A stretch of DNA of 63,900 bases, counting the filler, from Olpidium bornovanus S191 (Eukaryota; Fungi; Olpidiomycota): NCBI GenBank assembly GCA_017911155.1. It is 33 parts of 33 records of this genome, joined end to end, with 100 filler letters (N's around TTAATTAATTAA, not from the genome) between each part and the next. Parts side by side here need not be neighbours in the genome. Positions count along the whole stretch, not along the records: positions 45,044 to 46,146 come from JAEFCI010007495.1; positions 46,247 to 47,578 come from JAEFCI010008342.1; positions 47,679 to 48,827 come from JAEFCI010005024.1; positions 48,928 to 51,999 come from JAEFCI010011242.1; positions 52,100 to 55,674 come from JAEFCI010003569.1; positions 55,775 to 57,437 come from JAEFCI010009555.1; 27 more parts are not named here. One strand, given 5' to 3'. The position numbers and the translations under genes are program-made. Each line of letters opens with the position of its first letter. Position 1 is the first letter of the stretch. A model generated the notes under the pieces. That model ran no database searches. It saw only the letters and a list, made by a program, of their open reading frames with translations, and was not told where the DNA came from. Below, piece by piece: positions 45,045 to 56,648 of this stretch.

Positions 45045-45639
45045 ATGTCGTCCTCGAGCCTGCCCGGAACGTCGTCGCCGGTCTCGCCGGAAACCCCCGT
45101 CGGAGAGGGCGAGGAATTCAACGTCATCACGACGTCCGGGGAAAGCGGCTCGAGGCAGGGCGTCGTGGGGCCGGCGGCGGGAGAAAACGTCCGGGAGGAG
45201 CTGCTGAAGGGGGCGCTGGCCACCAATCCCGCCCACGATGGGGAGCCGTGCGACGGCGTGCTCAGCTCGAAGGAACGCAGGAAGAGCAGCATAAGCAAGA
45301 AGTGGGTTTTTTTTCTTCACTTTTTTGGTTTTTTCAGGGATAACGCTTGGCGGGTGGGGGGAGAGGGGGAAAAGGGGGGGGAGGGGGTAAGAGGTGGGAC
45401 GAGGAGGGTGGCGCGCGAGGGGGTGCCGTCGTCCCGGCCTCAGGCAAACGGGGACCTGGGTGGATCACCGCGCCGCCGGCAGACTTCGCTCGGCGGTTGT
45501 TAGTTTCGGTGCGGAAATCCGGCAGGTACAAACAAACTTTTTGAAATCCCGTGCTCCGCCTTTCTGGTCCGCAGATTTCTGGGCGACTACTGTCAAGTGT
45601 CGGTCAATCCCACCATAACGAAGACGATGAGAAAGCACG
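45045..45639 (+). CDS. Myosin-I tail homology 1 (TH1) domain protein, exons 1-2
   Basis: Exons ..45301 and 45575-45639 splice to KERRKSSISKKFLGDYCQVSVNPTITKTMRKHG, the TH1 entry motif KERRR-x-S-x-x-R-x-F-x-GDY. Confidence 0.75.
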
Positions 45640-45718
45640 GTAAGTCCACTCCCTCTCCTCCCGTTCGGGAGATCCATTGTCGAGATGAAAGCGCGGGGGG
45701 GCGAGGGGGGGGGAGGCG

Positions 45719-46146
45719 GTGATGGGGCCTTGGACCCTGAGGGGCGGATCCCCGCGACATCAAAAAAAGGCCTTTACGGCGCGGCGCGCACCTAAAGATC
45801 TCGCAACCCCCCCCCCCCCCCCCCCCCCCCCAAACCGGGGGGGGCGGGGGGGGGGGGGGGGGGTCCGGGAGGAATTTGTCCCAAAACACGACACAACGCC
45901 TCTCCCGCGTCACCGCGAGCCCAAGCTTTTCCTTTTTGTACCTGTGATAAGGAGCAGCCGCTCTTGCATCTTGTTCCTTTTGTTGATCTTAATGACGACG
46001 TCGGAGAACTCGACGCGGTTGTCGCCTGCGTTTCGGGAGCGGGCAGGGGGGGGGGGGGTTGCGAGATCTTTAGGTGCGCGCCGCGCCGTAAAGGCCTTTT
46101 TTTGATGTCGCGGGGATCCGCCCCTCAGGGTCCAAGGCCCCATCAC
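45719..46146. repeat. Perfect inverted repeat of about 98 bp (45719-45817 / 46046-46146) flanking the inverted exon
   Basis: GTGATGGGGCCTTGGACCC...AAAGATCTCGCAACCCCC and its exact reverse complement, which runs to the contig end. Confidence 0.95.
45942..46025 (-). CDS. Next TH1 exon, found on the opposite strand
   Basis: AG|(G)DNRVEFSDVVIKINKRNKMQERLLLIT|GT continues the TH1 pattern GD-x-x-x-x-F[SA]D-x-V-x-K-x-N-x-R-x-K-x-Q-x-R-x-LL-x-T, in the matching splice phase. Confidence 0.75.
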
Positions 46147-46377
46147 NNNNNNNNNNNNNNNNNNNNNNNNNNNNNNNNNNNNNNNNNNNNTTAATTAATT
46201 AANNNNNNNNNNNNNNNNNNNNNNNNNNNNNNNNNNNNNNNNNNNNATGCGCTGAACAAGATAAATAAGGAGCGTAACTAACTAACTAACTTAACTACCA
46301 TCCGAGCGACTTGCCCTTCGAGGCTGATATCCGGGGCGCCAGCTGCGGGACCGCCGCGCTGCCCATGTACGCCGTAC

Positions 46378-47104
46378 CCAGTCAACGCATACACCGTCGA
46401 AGCCGAGATTTGCAACGTGCTGTACGCAACTCTCGACGAAGGCTCTGCGCGTCTCCGGACGGGCAGCGACCGCGCTGAAGTTGGTGCTCCACGTCCACCC
46501 TCCGACCGCCAGGGAAACCTTCAGGTGGCGGTTCGCCTTCTTCAGCTCGAAAAGCTGCTTCACGTTCCCGTAAACGTTCTTGCCCTGGTCGTTCCAGCTG
46601 TCGGTCGGGAAGTGCTTTTCGAAGTCCGCGTACGAATCCCCGTTGACGACGTTCCCGTCCGGCTGCAGGTTGAAGAACGCGTAACTTGGGGGGCCGGGCA
46701 GTGCGGCAGAGAAAAATATCAGAGTGCAGGGAAACAGGAGAGGCGTGGTGCGGTGAGGGGGGGGGGGAGGGAATCGGACAGGGGAGCCGCGGGGGCAGGA
46801 GTTGTTTCTCACAAGATGTGGGTCAGCTTGGTGGCGTCGACATCGAAAACCTGGTAGTTCCGCGCGTAGGTGGCCCTTGGCGGCAGGCAAAAAAAAAAAA
46901 AAAAAAAAAACAACGAAAGCGTGGAAAACAGAAGTAAAGGGAAACGCGGCCGGTGAGAAAGGACGGGGTCAGCGGACTGGACCGCCGATTCCGCGTTAAA
47001 GCGATTTCCCGCTTCCGCGCCTTCCCCGGTCTCCCCCCCCCTTCCTCACCCCTCACTCCCCCTTACCACGCCGCGTAGTAGGCCCCCACGGACTTGCATC
47101 CCAT
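46378..47104 (-). CDS. GH18 chitinase (subgroup A-like), 3' truncated, variant catalytic motif
   Basis: Exons 47104-47067, 46875-46813 and 46684-46378: VGAYYAAWATYARNY, KLTHI-x-YAF, GNVKQLFELKKANRHLKVSLAVGGWTWS, GFDGVCVDW. Confidence 0.93.
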
Positions 47105-47776
47105 CCTCGAGCGCACGCGGCCGAGCGGCCAGGCTTCCGCGGCAAGCGGGGGGGAAGGGTCTAACGTGCGCAAGGGCGCGTGGGGCGCGTCTTCGTCGGC
47201 TCGTTTGGGGGATACTTCCGCGCCCGGGGGGAGTGGGGTGCGGGGGGGGGGAAGTGGGGCCGGAGGGCGGGGTGCCCGAGAAGCTCTGGAATATTTCGCA
47301 CACGCGATTTACGCATGGTTTTTTTTTTTTTGTGGCGTCGTTCGCCTGAGAAAAAAAGAAAACGCCGCACGTTGACGAAATCTCATATAACCCCGCCATC
47401 TCAAAATTCACCCGTTATTCGCCGTTATTCTTGAATCTGCAAAGCCCGAGTCTCTTACATGACAGGCGTCGCGCAAATTTGCTTCGCATCGGTGAGCTTC
47501 GCTCCCGCACACAGAGCGCCAACTCGGAGCAAAAATGTAGGTATCAGCGGTTTTCCAGTGTTGGTGGCTAAATATTCANNNNNNNNNNNNNNNNNNNNNN
47601 NNNNNNNNNNNNNNNNNNNNNNTTAATTAATTAANNNNNNNNNNNNNNNNNNNNNNNNNNNNNNNNNNNNNNNNNNNNACATAAATATAATATTAATCTT
47701 ACGCGCCTAGGCTTTACCTCTACAACCCCGAGAACCCCTCCAGAACCAGATCTAGACCTAGAGTCCAGCGCCGCTG

Positions 47777-47900
47777 GGGAGCACCGCGCACCGCATGGCC
47801 GTCAGCGAGGGCCACTAGGACTGCGCGCGCGCCCTCGTCTCTGCTGGCGCCGACGTGGCCGCGATGGACGGCAGGGACCGCATCACGCTGGGCTGCGCCA
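47777..47900 (+). pseudogene. Ankyrin-repeat fragment with an in-frame stop
   Basis: GSTAHRMAVSEGH*DCARALVSAGADVAAMD matches the ankyrin consensus; TAG at 47816-47818. Confidence 0.6.
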
Positions 47901-48927
47901 CGGCGACCGCTGGTCTGCCCGCGCGACCTGGCCGCCGCCTGGGCGCAAAAGAACCGGTCGCGGCGCGAGTCAAAGCCGCAATGTAGCAAAGAGAAGGAAA
48001 AAAAGCAAAGAAAAAAGCAAGCGAAACACTGCAAAATTCACACCCTTAGAAATCCCAAGAATGTATATATTTGTGTATATGCGCACCTGGAGATTTTTTT
48101 TCGTTATTTTATTTTTTTGATCCACACAACTGTAGAATTTCAAATGCGCTCTTTTTTATGTTTCACAACTTTTTCTCTGGGGGTCAAGAATTTTATCTTT
48201 TTGTGTGTTCGTGCGGGTACTCATTAACCCGAAGATCACCTGGCGTCCAGAGTAGAAAGCATTTAGAACTTTCTGGACTTTCGGATATGACACTTTTCAC
48301 GCCTCTTTTCCCGTGCCCGTTTGAGATCGCCGGGGTCTCCCCCACCGCATACAAATTTCATTTTAAGCTCACTTCCCACCACCTCTCCCCACCCCCACTC
48401 TTCCCGGCCCGCCAAAAAGTTGCTCAATTTGCAACGGAATGCCTCCGCCAACTTGGGTAACATGTTCTTCCCCCCCCTACTTCCCCCCCAGCCCAAGGAC
48501 ATGCAAGCGAGTCCACCAGTATTTCTGCGGGGAAAAAATTACCGAGGCGGCAGCATGGTCACGAGCTTGAGCAGCTGCGAGTTGCACTCATCAACGAGCT
48601 GCGCCGCCTCCCGGGCGACTGGACCGTAATTGGATTCACTCTTCTTGTCGAGGATGACTGGGGGTGGTGTGGTGGGGGGGATAAGGTCAGAGGAAGTGAG
48701 AAAACACGGGGGAGATGTAAATATTCTGGCAAGAAAAAAAAATGGCGTATTTCCGTCGTCCGTCCAGATTTTTTTTTTTTGCCTTCCGAGGATTCTCAGT
48801 ACTACGAGTGATTTATTTTTTGTCATGNNNNNNNNNNNNNNNNNNNNNNNNNNNNNNNNNNNNNNNNNNNNTTAATTAATTAANNNNNNNNNNNNNNNNN
48901 NNNNNNNNNNNNNNNNNNNNNNNNNNN

Positions 48928-49474
48928 CATGAAACGCCTTCGGAAACTCATCCTGGGGGGCGCAAGTCCCGAACGACAGGGACCGTGCGAGCGCGGCGCG
49001 CGCGCGAAAGTGAGCGGTCGCACGGTTTCTGTCGCCTGGTCCCAAAATGGAAGGTCCCCAACTTGCGATTTCCGAACAAAATATAAAAAGAAGCGGAAAG
49101 TGCGGGGGACATGCCTGTACTGGCGCCGTGTTGTATTCCTTAGTGTTCGCTTCGTAGGCTCTTGCCAGCGCCGCGGCGCTGTCGTGCGCCAGCGCTTTCG
49201 CTTCTTCTTCGCTTTCCGCGTGGAAGAGGGCGTCCAGCATACCGTCCGCGGCGCGGTCGGCGCGTGACTCCAGCACGCCGCGGACGACGGAGAGCACCGA
49301 GGGCTCGAGGAAAACCGGCAGGTCCGCAGCCGCGAGCTCCCGGTGCACGCGGTCGAAGAGGAGCTGGCCGGCGCCGAGTTCGAGGGCCACGGTGACGGGA
49401 GGCTCCCCCGGCGCGGGCTGGACGGTGACCGAGGCGCGCAGATCGGCCGGACACGTCAGGCTTTCATCTTGCAT
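48928..49474 (-). CDS. C12orf4/FERRY3 (DUF2362)-like protein, 3' truncated
   Basis: Exons 49474-49121 and 48952-48928: LPVFLE...ALARAYEANTKEY...DEFPKAFH, against animal LPCFIE...WAKAYAETTLEH...DEDFADVYH. Confidence 0.7.
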
Positions 49475-50136
49475 GGCGGGCCTGGGAGTGCTTTTGTGGG
49501 GTTTGCGCGCGCGTTCCGGCGCCCCTGACCCACGCCTGCCGTCTTAGTCCTCCTCCTAATCCGCTTCGGCTGGCTGCGCTTGTGCTGCTCCCCGAGGCCG
49601 TCCTCCGCTCCGCTATGGGTATGGAACGCCAAGTCGGTTACGTGAAAAGCTGGCCAGAATTGAAAAACAAGAGAACGGAAGATCGGAATGTGTCTTGCAG
49701 GACGCGCTTTCCTCCCCGCTTCTCGCGGCCTGTGGGAAGCTGGCAGACAGAACGGTCAGCCTTGCAGATGAAAGCGGCCTGGGTTCCAGGAACATCCGAA
49801 GAAAGGGTTTGTGGGGTAAGGTAGACCTGGGTCTCAGATTCAGATGCTCTGCGAGAATCCAGGTTGGGGTTTTCAGCCAGCTGTTCCTTTCTTTTATTGC
49901 GGTACAGTCTTGATGGCCCCGACCCAAGCCCGTCTCAGGGAGTACCCTCTAGCCTGTGACAACGAGCCGAAGCCGTCTGAACCGGCCGCGGTGGGCGGAG
50001 AGGGAAGGGCGGAAGAGGGGTGGGTGCGAGGGGAAGGGAGGATGCCCGGAAACGAACGCCGGGGTCCGAGAATAGCAGGCCGGAGGGCTGGTGACAGAGA
50101 GATTTTCGGATTTCGCTTATATCTGGCCCCCTTCCT

Positions 50137-50446
50137 AGAGAGGCGCGTAGTCAACTGTGGCAATGCTGATTTCTCTGGCACGGCATATGCCAAAATGGCC
50201 TGCGCAAAAAGACGCATCCGGGTGGTCAGCAGGAGCTGGAGACGGCGTAGTCAGTTGGCGGAAAACCGGCGGTAATGCTGATTTTTCTGGCACTGCATAA
50301 TGCGAAATGGCCTGCGCGAAAAGACGCGTCCGGATGGTCCGCAGGAGCTGGAGACGGCGTAGTCAGTTGGCGGCAATGCTGATTTCTCTGGCATATGCGA
50401 AGGGGCGTACGCGAAAGGACGCGTCCGGGTGGTCCGCAGGAGCTGG
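50137..50446. repeat. Three tandem imperfect units of about 100-113 bp
   Basis: AATGCTGATTT(C/T)TCTGGCA at 50161, 50273 and 50374, each followed by GACGC(A/G)TCCGG-x-TGGTC-x-GCAGGAGCTGG. Confidence 0.92.
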
Positions 50447-51660
50447 CACACCTACTTGTCCCACCGCAGCTGCAGGTGACCTGGCAAAGCGGGCTTTTTT
50501 TTTGTTGGCTTGCTGCGGGTTTTTCGTTCATCCAAGGAAAAGCCGGAACGGGGCCGGTTCCAAGTTTTGGCTTGCTGAATGATAAACGGTCGGCAGCGGT
50601 GGAAACAGGCCCGGGTGGCCTTGTCCGCGGCCACAAAACAGGCATTCGGTTCACAACCAAGCGCGGGACAGGATCGTTGACCTGAGATTATGAGCCCCGA
50701 AAGCAGCGGAGGTCGGAAGTGTTAAACGAGGGGTGATCCTGGGGCCATAGGTACTGCGCCAGCCTACAACTAGCTCTTTGCAACTCGTGTCGATAACGAA
50801 TTGGTCCAGCGAGGGGATCGCCGCTCTAATCGATCATATTCCGTTAAGCGATGTTCGATCATACCACGTTCTCTAGTTATTAAGAACTGCAAGCCCCAGA
50901 CCTCGGCACGACCACCGGGGATCCCCGATGACCTTCCTCCCTTAAGTTCATTCATCTATCGTGTGCATCCTAACGATGCTGCTTCTGATTTCACACGAGT
51001 AATGCCAGGCGCGGACAGCATTATCAGTCGCTTAACCGCCCAGGGAACGGGACCGCGGGCGCGATGGGATAGCGATGGTCTTTGTTGCACGCCCGTGCTT
51101 CTTGGCGAACTGTGCTGTACTCCGGCACAGACTTATCTTATTGCGCTATATTCTCGCAGCGACTTGTGATGCTCAAATTCCTGAAGAGTGGTTTAAATCC
51201 ACTCTGGTCGTTGAGAGGCGAGATATTTTCGGCATCCGCCATCAAAATCCCCAACGTTGGTCCATGTGTGTACTGTGGAGAGTCGGGTCAGCCTCTAGAC
51301 TCGCGGTAAGGTCCTTGTCTTTTAAGGAGGTCGCGGTAAAGAAGCGTTTGTATTCAGGTTGGAGAGATATTACTCTCAAGATAAATACTCAAAGTACCGA
51401 AGAGGCAAGCTAGGGAAGTTCTATGGGAGTACGTCGAGTTTCGGAGCAGAAGAGACGCTATTTATGCCCTTCGACGTCGAGCGGAAGGTAAAGCCGTCCG
51501 TCGACGTCACGTCTATCGACGCGGTGCGTCTGGTCTCTCCCCGCGCGGTTACCACGCGGGGCTCCGGGCTCTCACGTGCGGTGGGGTGCGGGGGCAGTTG
51601 GGGGGTTGTGGTTGGCGGAGAGTTCCCGCGTGTGGCGCTGGGGGGAAGGGGGAGGGGGCA

Positions 51661-51733
51661 AGGGGGAAGTCCTTTGATTGGCGGACTTTGAGGGGGACTA
51701 TTCTATTGGTTGGGCCCCGGGTTCGGGGGCCGC
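51661..51733 (-). repeat. Inverted copy of the CCAAT-containing dispersed repeat at 36083-36157
   Basis: Direct alignment by eye. Confidence 0.85.
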
Positions 51734-52976
51734 CTTGTCCCATCTCCGCCTCCTCCTCCCTCTCGCCCGCCGCCGCCCTCCGTGGCGTTCTCCTTGACGT
51801 ACGGTGACGGTTCGGTCGGGACGAGGGCCGTGCCACAGCACACCCCCCGTACTTTCCGCTTGCGGAAAGTCTTGTCGGGCGGCATGCCGTCTTCCTCCCC
51901 CTGGGCCGCCGGGCGGTCGATGCCTGAAGTACTTAATGTCTCCAGGCAGCCCAGGGGAAAGGGGCCATTGGGCTCTGGCCTCCACAGTCTCGTTGGGGGN
52001 NNNNNNNNNNNNNNNNNNNNNNNNNNNNNNNNNNNNNNNNNNNTTAATTAATTAANNNNNNNNNNNNNNNNNNNNNNNNNNNNNNNNNNNNNNNNNNNNA
52101 GAAGGAGATTCTATTTTCGAGATTGTCGTCGAATGCTTAGACGAGTCGAAAACAGGCTGTTTTGGGTTCGGCCAGACATTCAGTGTGAATTTCCAAATCT
52201 GGACCAAAATGGGCCTCATGGGGAGTGTTCGACTCTTGTTTCCGTGTATCCTGCAAGATGCGCGAAACTTTGGATTCGGGTCCCAGGAAGTGTTTGAAAA
52301 CAAACGCACGTAATTCAAGGGGCTTCCGGTGAACCGGTAGCCTCAAAGAACTAAATGTCTAGGTGCACTGCACCGTAGAAACAAAAAATACCTGAAAACC
52401 AAGACCTGCGTGCTTGCGTTCGCCGTTTCTACGCCGGGTGGATTTGTTTGGACCTCAACATGATCTTTTGAGATTGACCTGCCGCACAATATGAAAATCG
52501 ATTGTGTATGACCGGTAAATCATGCATCCGGGCTGGATGCGCCGCGGCTCACGGTTGCCGAAACTGGAATCGCAGAAAACGCAATGGATTCCTGGACAGC
52601 AACAAAAGAAAATTATCCCTCCAACGTGTTGAATAGCAGGCGGTCCAAAAACATTTCTGTTCCGCATCAGCATTAGCCAACGGTGTAACTTCCGTAACCT
52701 CGCAAAAACTGATAGTCATAACACCGAGGAGACAATATCAATTTTCAACCTTGAACGGACCAACTCATGTCTCACCCAGTTTTCATGGGTAGCGCGCCGC
52801 TTACAAAGGTTACACGCCCTGTTGGAAAGCACATTGTTAGCAACCCTCCGCGTTTTGTTCTCACAAACCCAGAACATGAAATGATGTGACGACGAGAAGA
52901 GGGCCTGAACCGGAGCCATACTACAGAAGACGCGCTATATTTTGAGAAGCTACGTGCAAATAGAAATAAATCTAAT

Positions 52977-53698
52977 CTAGTCGAACAAGCCTGTGACACG
53001 TAGTGCAAAGATCAGAACAGTTAGCGGCGTACACCCAACGGACAAACGCCATGGGCAGAAAATTCTGTCCCGAACCGAACCCGAGGTCGCGACTTACCGA
53101 AACCCATGTCCTCATCTGATTCCTCCTTCTCCTCGACCTTTTCCTCAGCCTTGGTTTCAGCGGCGGAACCTCCTGCGGCCGCTCCGCCAGCAGGCACACC
53201 ACCCGCGGGCGCCGCGGCGGCTCCTGAACCAACATTCATGAGCAGGTCACCAACGTTCCTGCCAGCGAGGGCCTTTGCAAAGATGCTGAACCACACAGGC
53301 TCGACGTCCATACCGGCGGCCTTGACAAGCGTAGCAAGCTTGTCAGCCTGTTTGGCCGATGAAATGGCAAGCAGATTGGGACGCGGCGTGAGACGAATGC
53401 GCCGCAAACTGATTGGATGACTGGCACAAAAAAAGCGTTTAAAAACTTTTGGCGTTCTGGTCGGCAGCTTCCGGACTGCACTGGCGCAGGCGCGGACCCC
53501 AACGGGCCCTTGCCGCTGCAAAGAAGGATCCGCACGGCCAAAGGTGTACTGCATAGGACACGAGGCAGCTGCAAGCGCCGGAAGGCCTTCCCCAGAGATC
53601 GCACGATTCTCCCCCGAACTCACGGAAATGTCGACGCCGTCATCGTGAAGGATGAGGGCGGCGTAGACGCACGCCTGCTCGGCAGAGGGGTCGGACAT
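52977..53698 (-). CDS. RPP1: 60S acidic ribosomal protein P1, complete
   Basis: Exons 53698-53624, 53347-53098 and 52990-52977: [29 protein letters not shown]...[16 protein letters not shown]. Confidence 0.98.
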
Positions 53699-55579
53699 GG
53701 CGAGAGGATGGGATGGGGTCGTCGTCGTCAGGTTGGGGGTACGTCCGGCTGGAGCGTGAGCGCGTCCTTTAAGCTTGACAGCGGCGCGGATGTTTCTGGG
53801 GGCAGGACCAGCGCGCGACGCCCGCCGGCCGATAAATCTTCCGCTCCCCACCCCCCTTCTCCCCCTCCCCCCCAAAAAAACGCCCCTCCCTTTCCTCCGA
53901 CCAATCCCGCGGAAGTACTTCCTGTACCCAAACCAGCAAACGAGCCGCGGCGAGCTCATCAATTCACGAAAATCGCCCTTGGCGAGAGAGAAACGAGCCT
54001 CCGGCACGTGTGAGTCGACAACGCGAAAGGCCCGCAAGAGTAAAACGGAAGAGAGAGTGAGGGGGAGAAAGACGGGGGAGGGGGTTGAGGACTCCAGCGC
54101 TATCCGATTCCCTATCCACGTCCTCGGGAGCCGCTCCCGCCGCCCCTTCCCTGCAATGAAAGGCGGGTTTTACCCAACCGAAAAGAAGAAAGAAAGACCT
54201 CCATCAACCTAATCTAAAAGTACCGAGTTCCAAACTTTGGTGTGCCACCTGCGAATGCGGGCATTGTGCGGGAAGAGCGCTAAAGATGTCCAGCTGGAAT
54301 GACAAAACTTACCCTGTTCTGTGGGGACAGAAACCGTTTTCCCGGTTGCATATGGGAGTTGTTTGACGCGCCACCCCTTTTTTTCTAATAAATGAAAACC
54401 ACCAGGTGAAAACCCTGGCCGAAGGGAAGCAAACGCAGGATTGGGGTTGCTTGACGTTAAAACACGTCCAGACTTAGTATACAAGCAAGGCAACGCGGAC
54501 CTTTTCGAAGAATTTTTGAACTCATCGCATCCACATGGGCTAACCAGTTTCAGCAGGAATCATTGGGAAGGACAAGTCAGCCGGGCCATGTGTGTAAAGG
54601 GTTGACCAGCTGGTCTATGCTAACTACGGTCACAAGCTTCTTGAGACATCAAGAATCTCCGTTTGTCCGTCCAGATTCTGGTGGAAGAAATATTTCGCGT
54701 CCTTATTTTGCAGGTTCTCTCGTGTCATGGAGCACTTTCCCTGTTCGCAGGGTAAAATCACCCCCGCCAGCCACAGCAGCCAAAGAGGCCACACGGGCGC
54801 CGCGCAGAAACGGAGACGCACGGGAACACTGGCCTTCCTCAAGGTGCATATGGATGCACCGTGTAATTAGCATTCACGAAATGCCGTCCTCACCGAACGA
54901 GAGCGTTCCACACGCCTTTTAAACTGCAGGTTGAAGCGACGTGGTGGGCTGGTTGTGGATGAGGCTCGTTGTCTTTGCTTGGGAGGGATTCGGGGAGGTG
55001 TCCCGGGGGAAGGTGTCGCATGGGAACGTGCCGGTGCGAGGGAAAGGGGGCGAATTTGGTTGCGCTTAGGAGATGGGTTTTCAAAGCTTCCGTGGAGTTC
55101 TTTTGTGGTCTCGACCTGACCTTTATATTCGCTATGGACGCATTGTGGCCACCTTGCACCTCGGGCGGTTTTCTTTCTCCGCACACGCACGCTTATGCGA
55201 ACAGGCGCGTTTTGTTTGTTTGTTGCATTTCGCGGCAAACGCTGAACGCCTTTCCCTTCCGAAACAGACGCAGGCTGCCGCGTTCGAAAGACGCGTTAAC
55301 CAGTCCTCTGTCCTCCCGCCGCCGTTGGAATATTAAGCTAATTCTTCGGAATTTTGATGCTCGGGTTGGGAGCCCGCGCACTAACAGCAAAAGAAGGAAG
55401 AGGGTTGGTTGCTCTGAACAACAAGCGTCCCGCAGGCAACGAAGGCAACAATCCGGCTGACCACGATCCTGGGTGCAGCGTGTCTGGGGGTACCGGGGTC
55501 CCGTTTCACAGGTTCGTATCGCGTGATCAATGTCCGGAAGTCTCCCAACCCTGTCACCGCTCCCACACACACACACTGT

Positions 55580-55617
<38 letters not shown>

Positions 55618-56648
55618 GGGGGTTCTGCCTCCCAAAAAATATATTTATTCTGGGTGTGGGGGCGGGGCGGGGGGNNNNNNNNNNNNNNNNNNNNNNNNNN
55701 NNNNNNNNNNNNNNNNNNTTAATTAATTAANNNNNNNNNNNNNNNNNNNNNNNNNNNNNNNNNNNNNNNNNNNNCCATGAAAACGCAAAATCTGTACAAT
55801 GTGGAGTTCTCACCTCAGGGTCCTGGTCGCGTGCCTTGTATCTGCGCCTGAGGCTCGGATAAGCAAAGAACCGGTTGCGGGGCGGGTTTTGCGCAGATCA
55901 AACAAAACCGAAGAAAAAGAGCTGCGGAAAACCCGGTGTGACACGCCGAGACTTCACCTCGGGCGCACTCGGCCCCTGGTGTGTTTTCCGGCAGTCGTTC
56001 CGGAACGCGCGCCCCGCCCCGTTCTCCGCCGCTCTGCGTTTCAGAAGAACGAAAAGCAGTCGTTTCCCCGCCGCTCCCGGTCTTCGGAAGATGACCGTCA
56101 CGTGGTGGCCCGAAGGGGGTAAAAACCAGGCACTCCCGCCCAGCCAAACCAAACCCACATCAGAACTTGAAATTGCCGCAGCCCGCTCCCCCCTCCTTCT
56201 CACTGCGCGACGGGACATCTCTCGATCCCCCGCCCCCTCCGGCCCAACCAGCAATCCCTCAAGATTTAACCTTCAAGTTGGCCTCCAAGCCGGACTTCCA
56301 ACGTCCTCGTTTTGAACCAGGCGGAATTGTTTGAGCTTTTCGTCGCTGCTTTTGATAGATTAGAAAGGCGCCTCGTTTGCACGCAGAACCGGCGAAATGG
56401 CCAGGGCACCGCGGGAGTGAGAGTACCCGGCGTTGTTTCTGACGACAGGCCGGTGCCGCTCTGGGTGCCAAGCGGCGAAAGCATCGTGAAGCCATCGGGT
56501 TTGGAGACGGCGAGATTTTATCCACGTGCCCCGGGTGAATTCTCGGCCAAGCCGGCACTGGCCGACGGTATCGGGCTCGCCGCGCTAAGCGTCCCATAAA
56601 AGGCCAAACTGCCGTCCCCGCCTGGCCCGGAGCGGGTCCGACGCGCGG

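Noticed and set aside
48550-48665. Separase-like LRRLPGDWTVIGFTL
   Set aside because: A single weak motif with no supporting exons.
54209-55500. Short ORFs upstream of RPP1, and similar ones in 34571-35860, 57538-59055 and 62811-63900
   Set aside because: No recognisable motifs or consistent exon chains.
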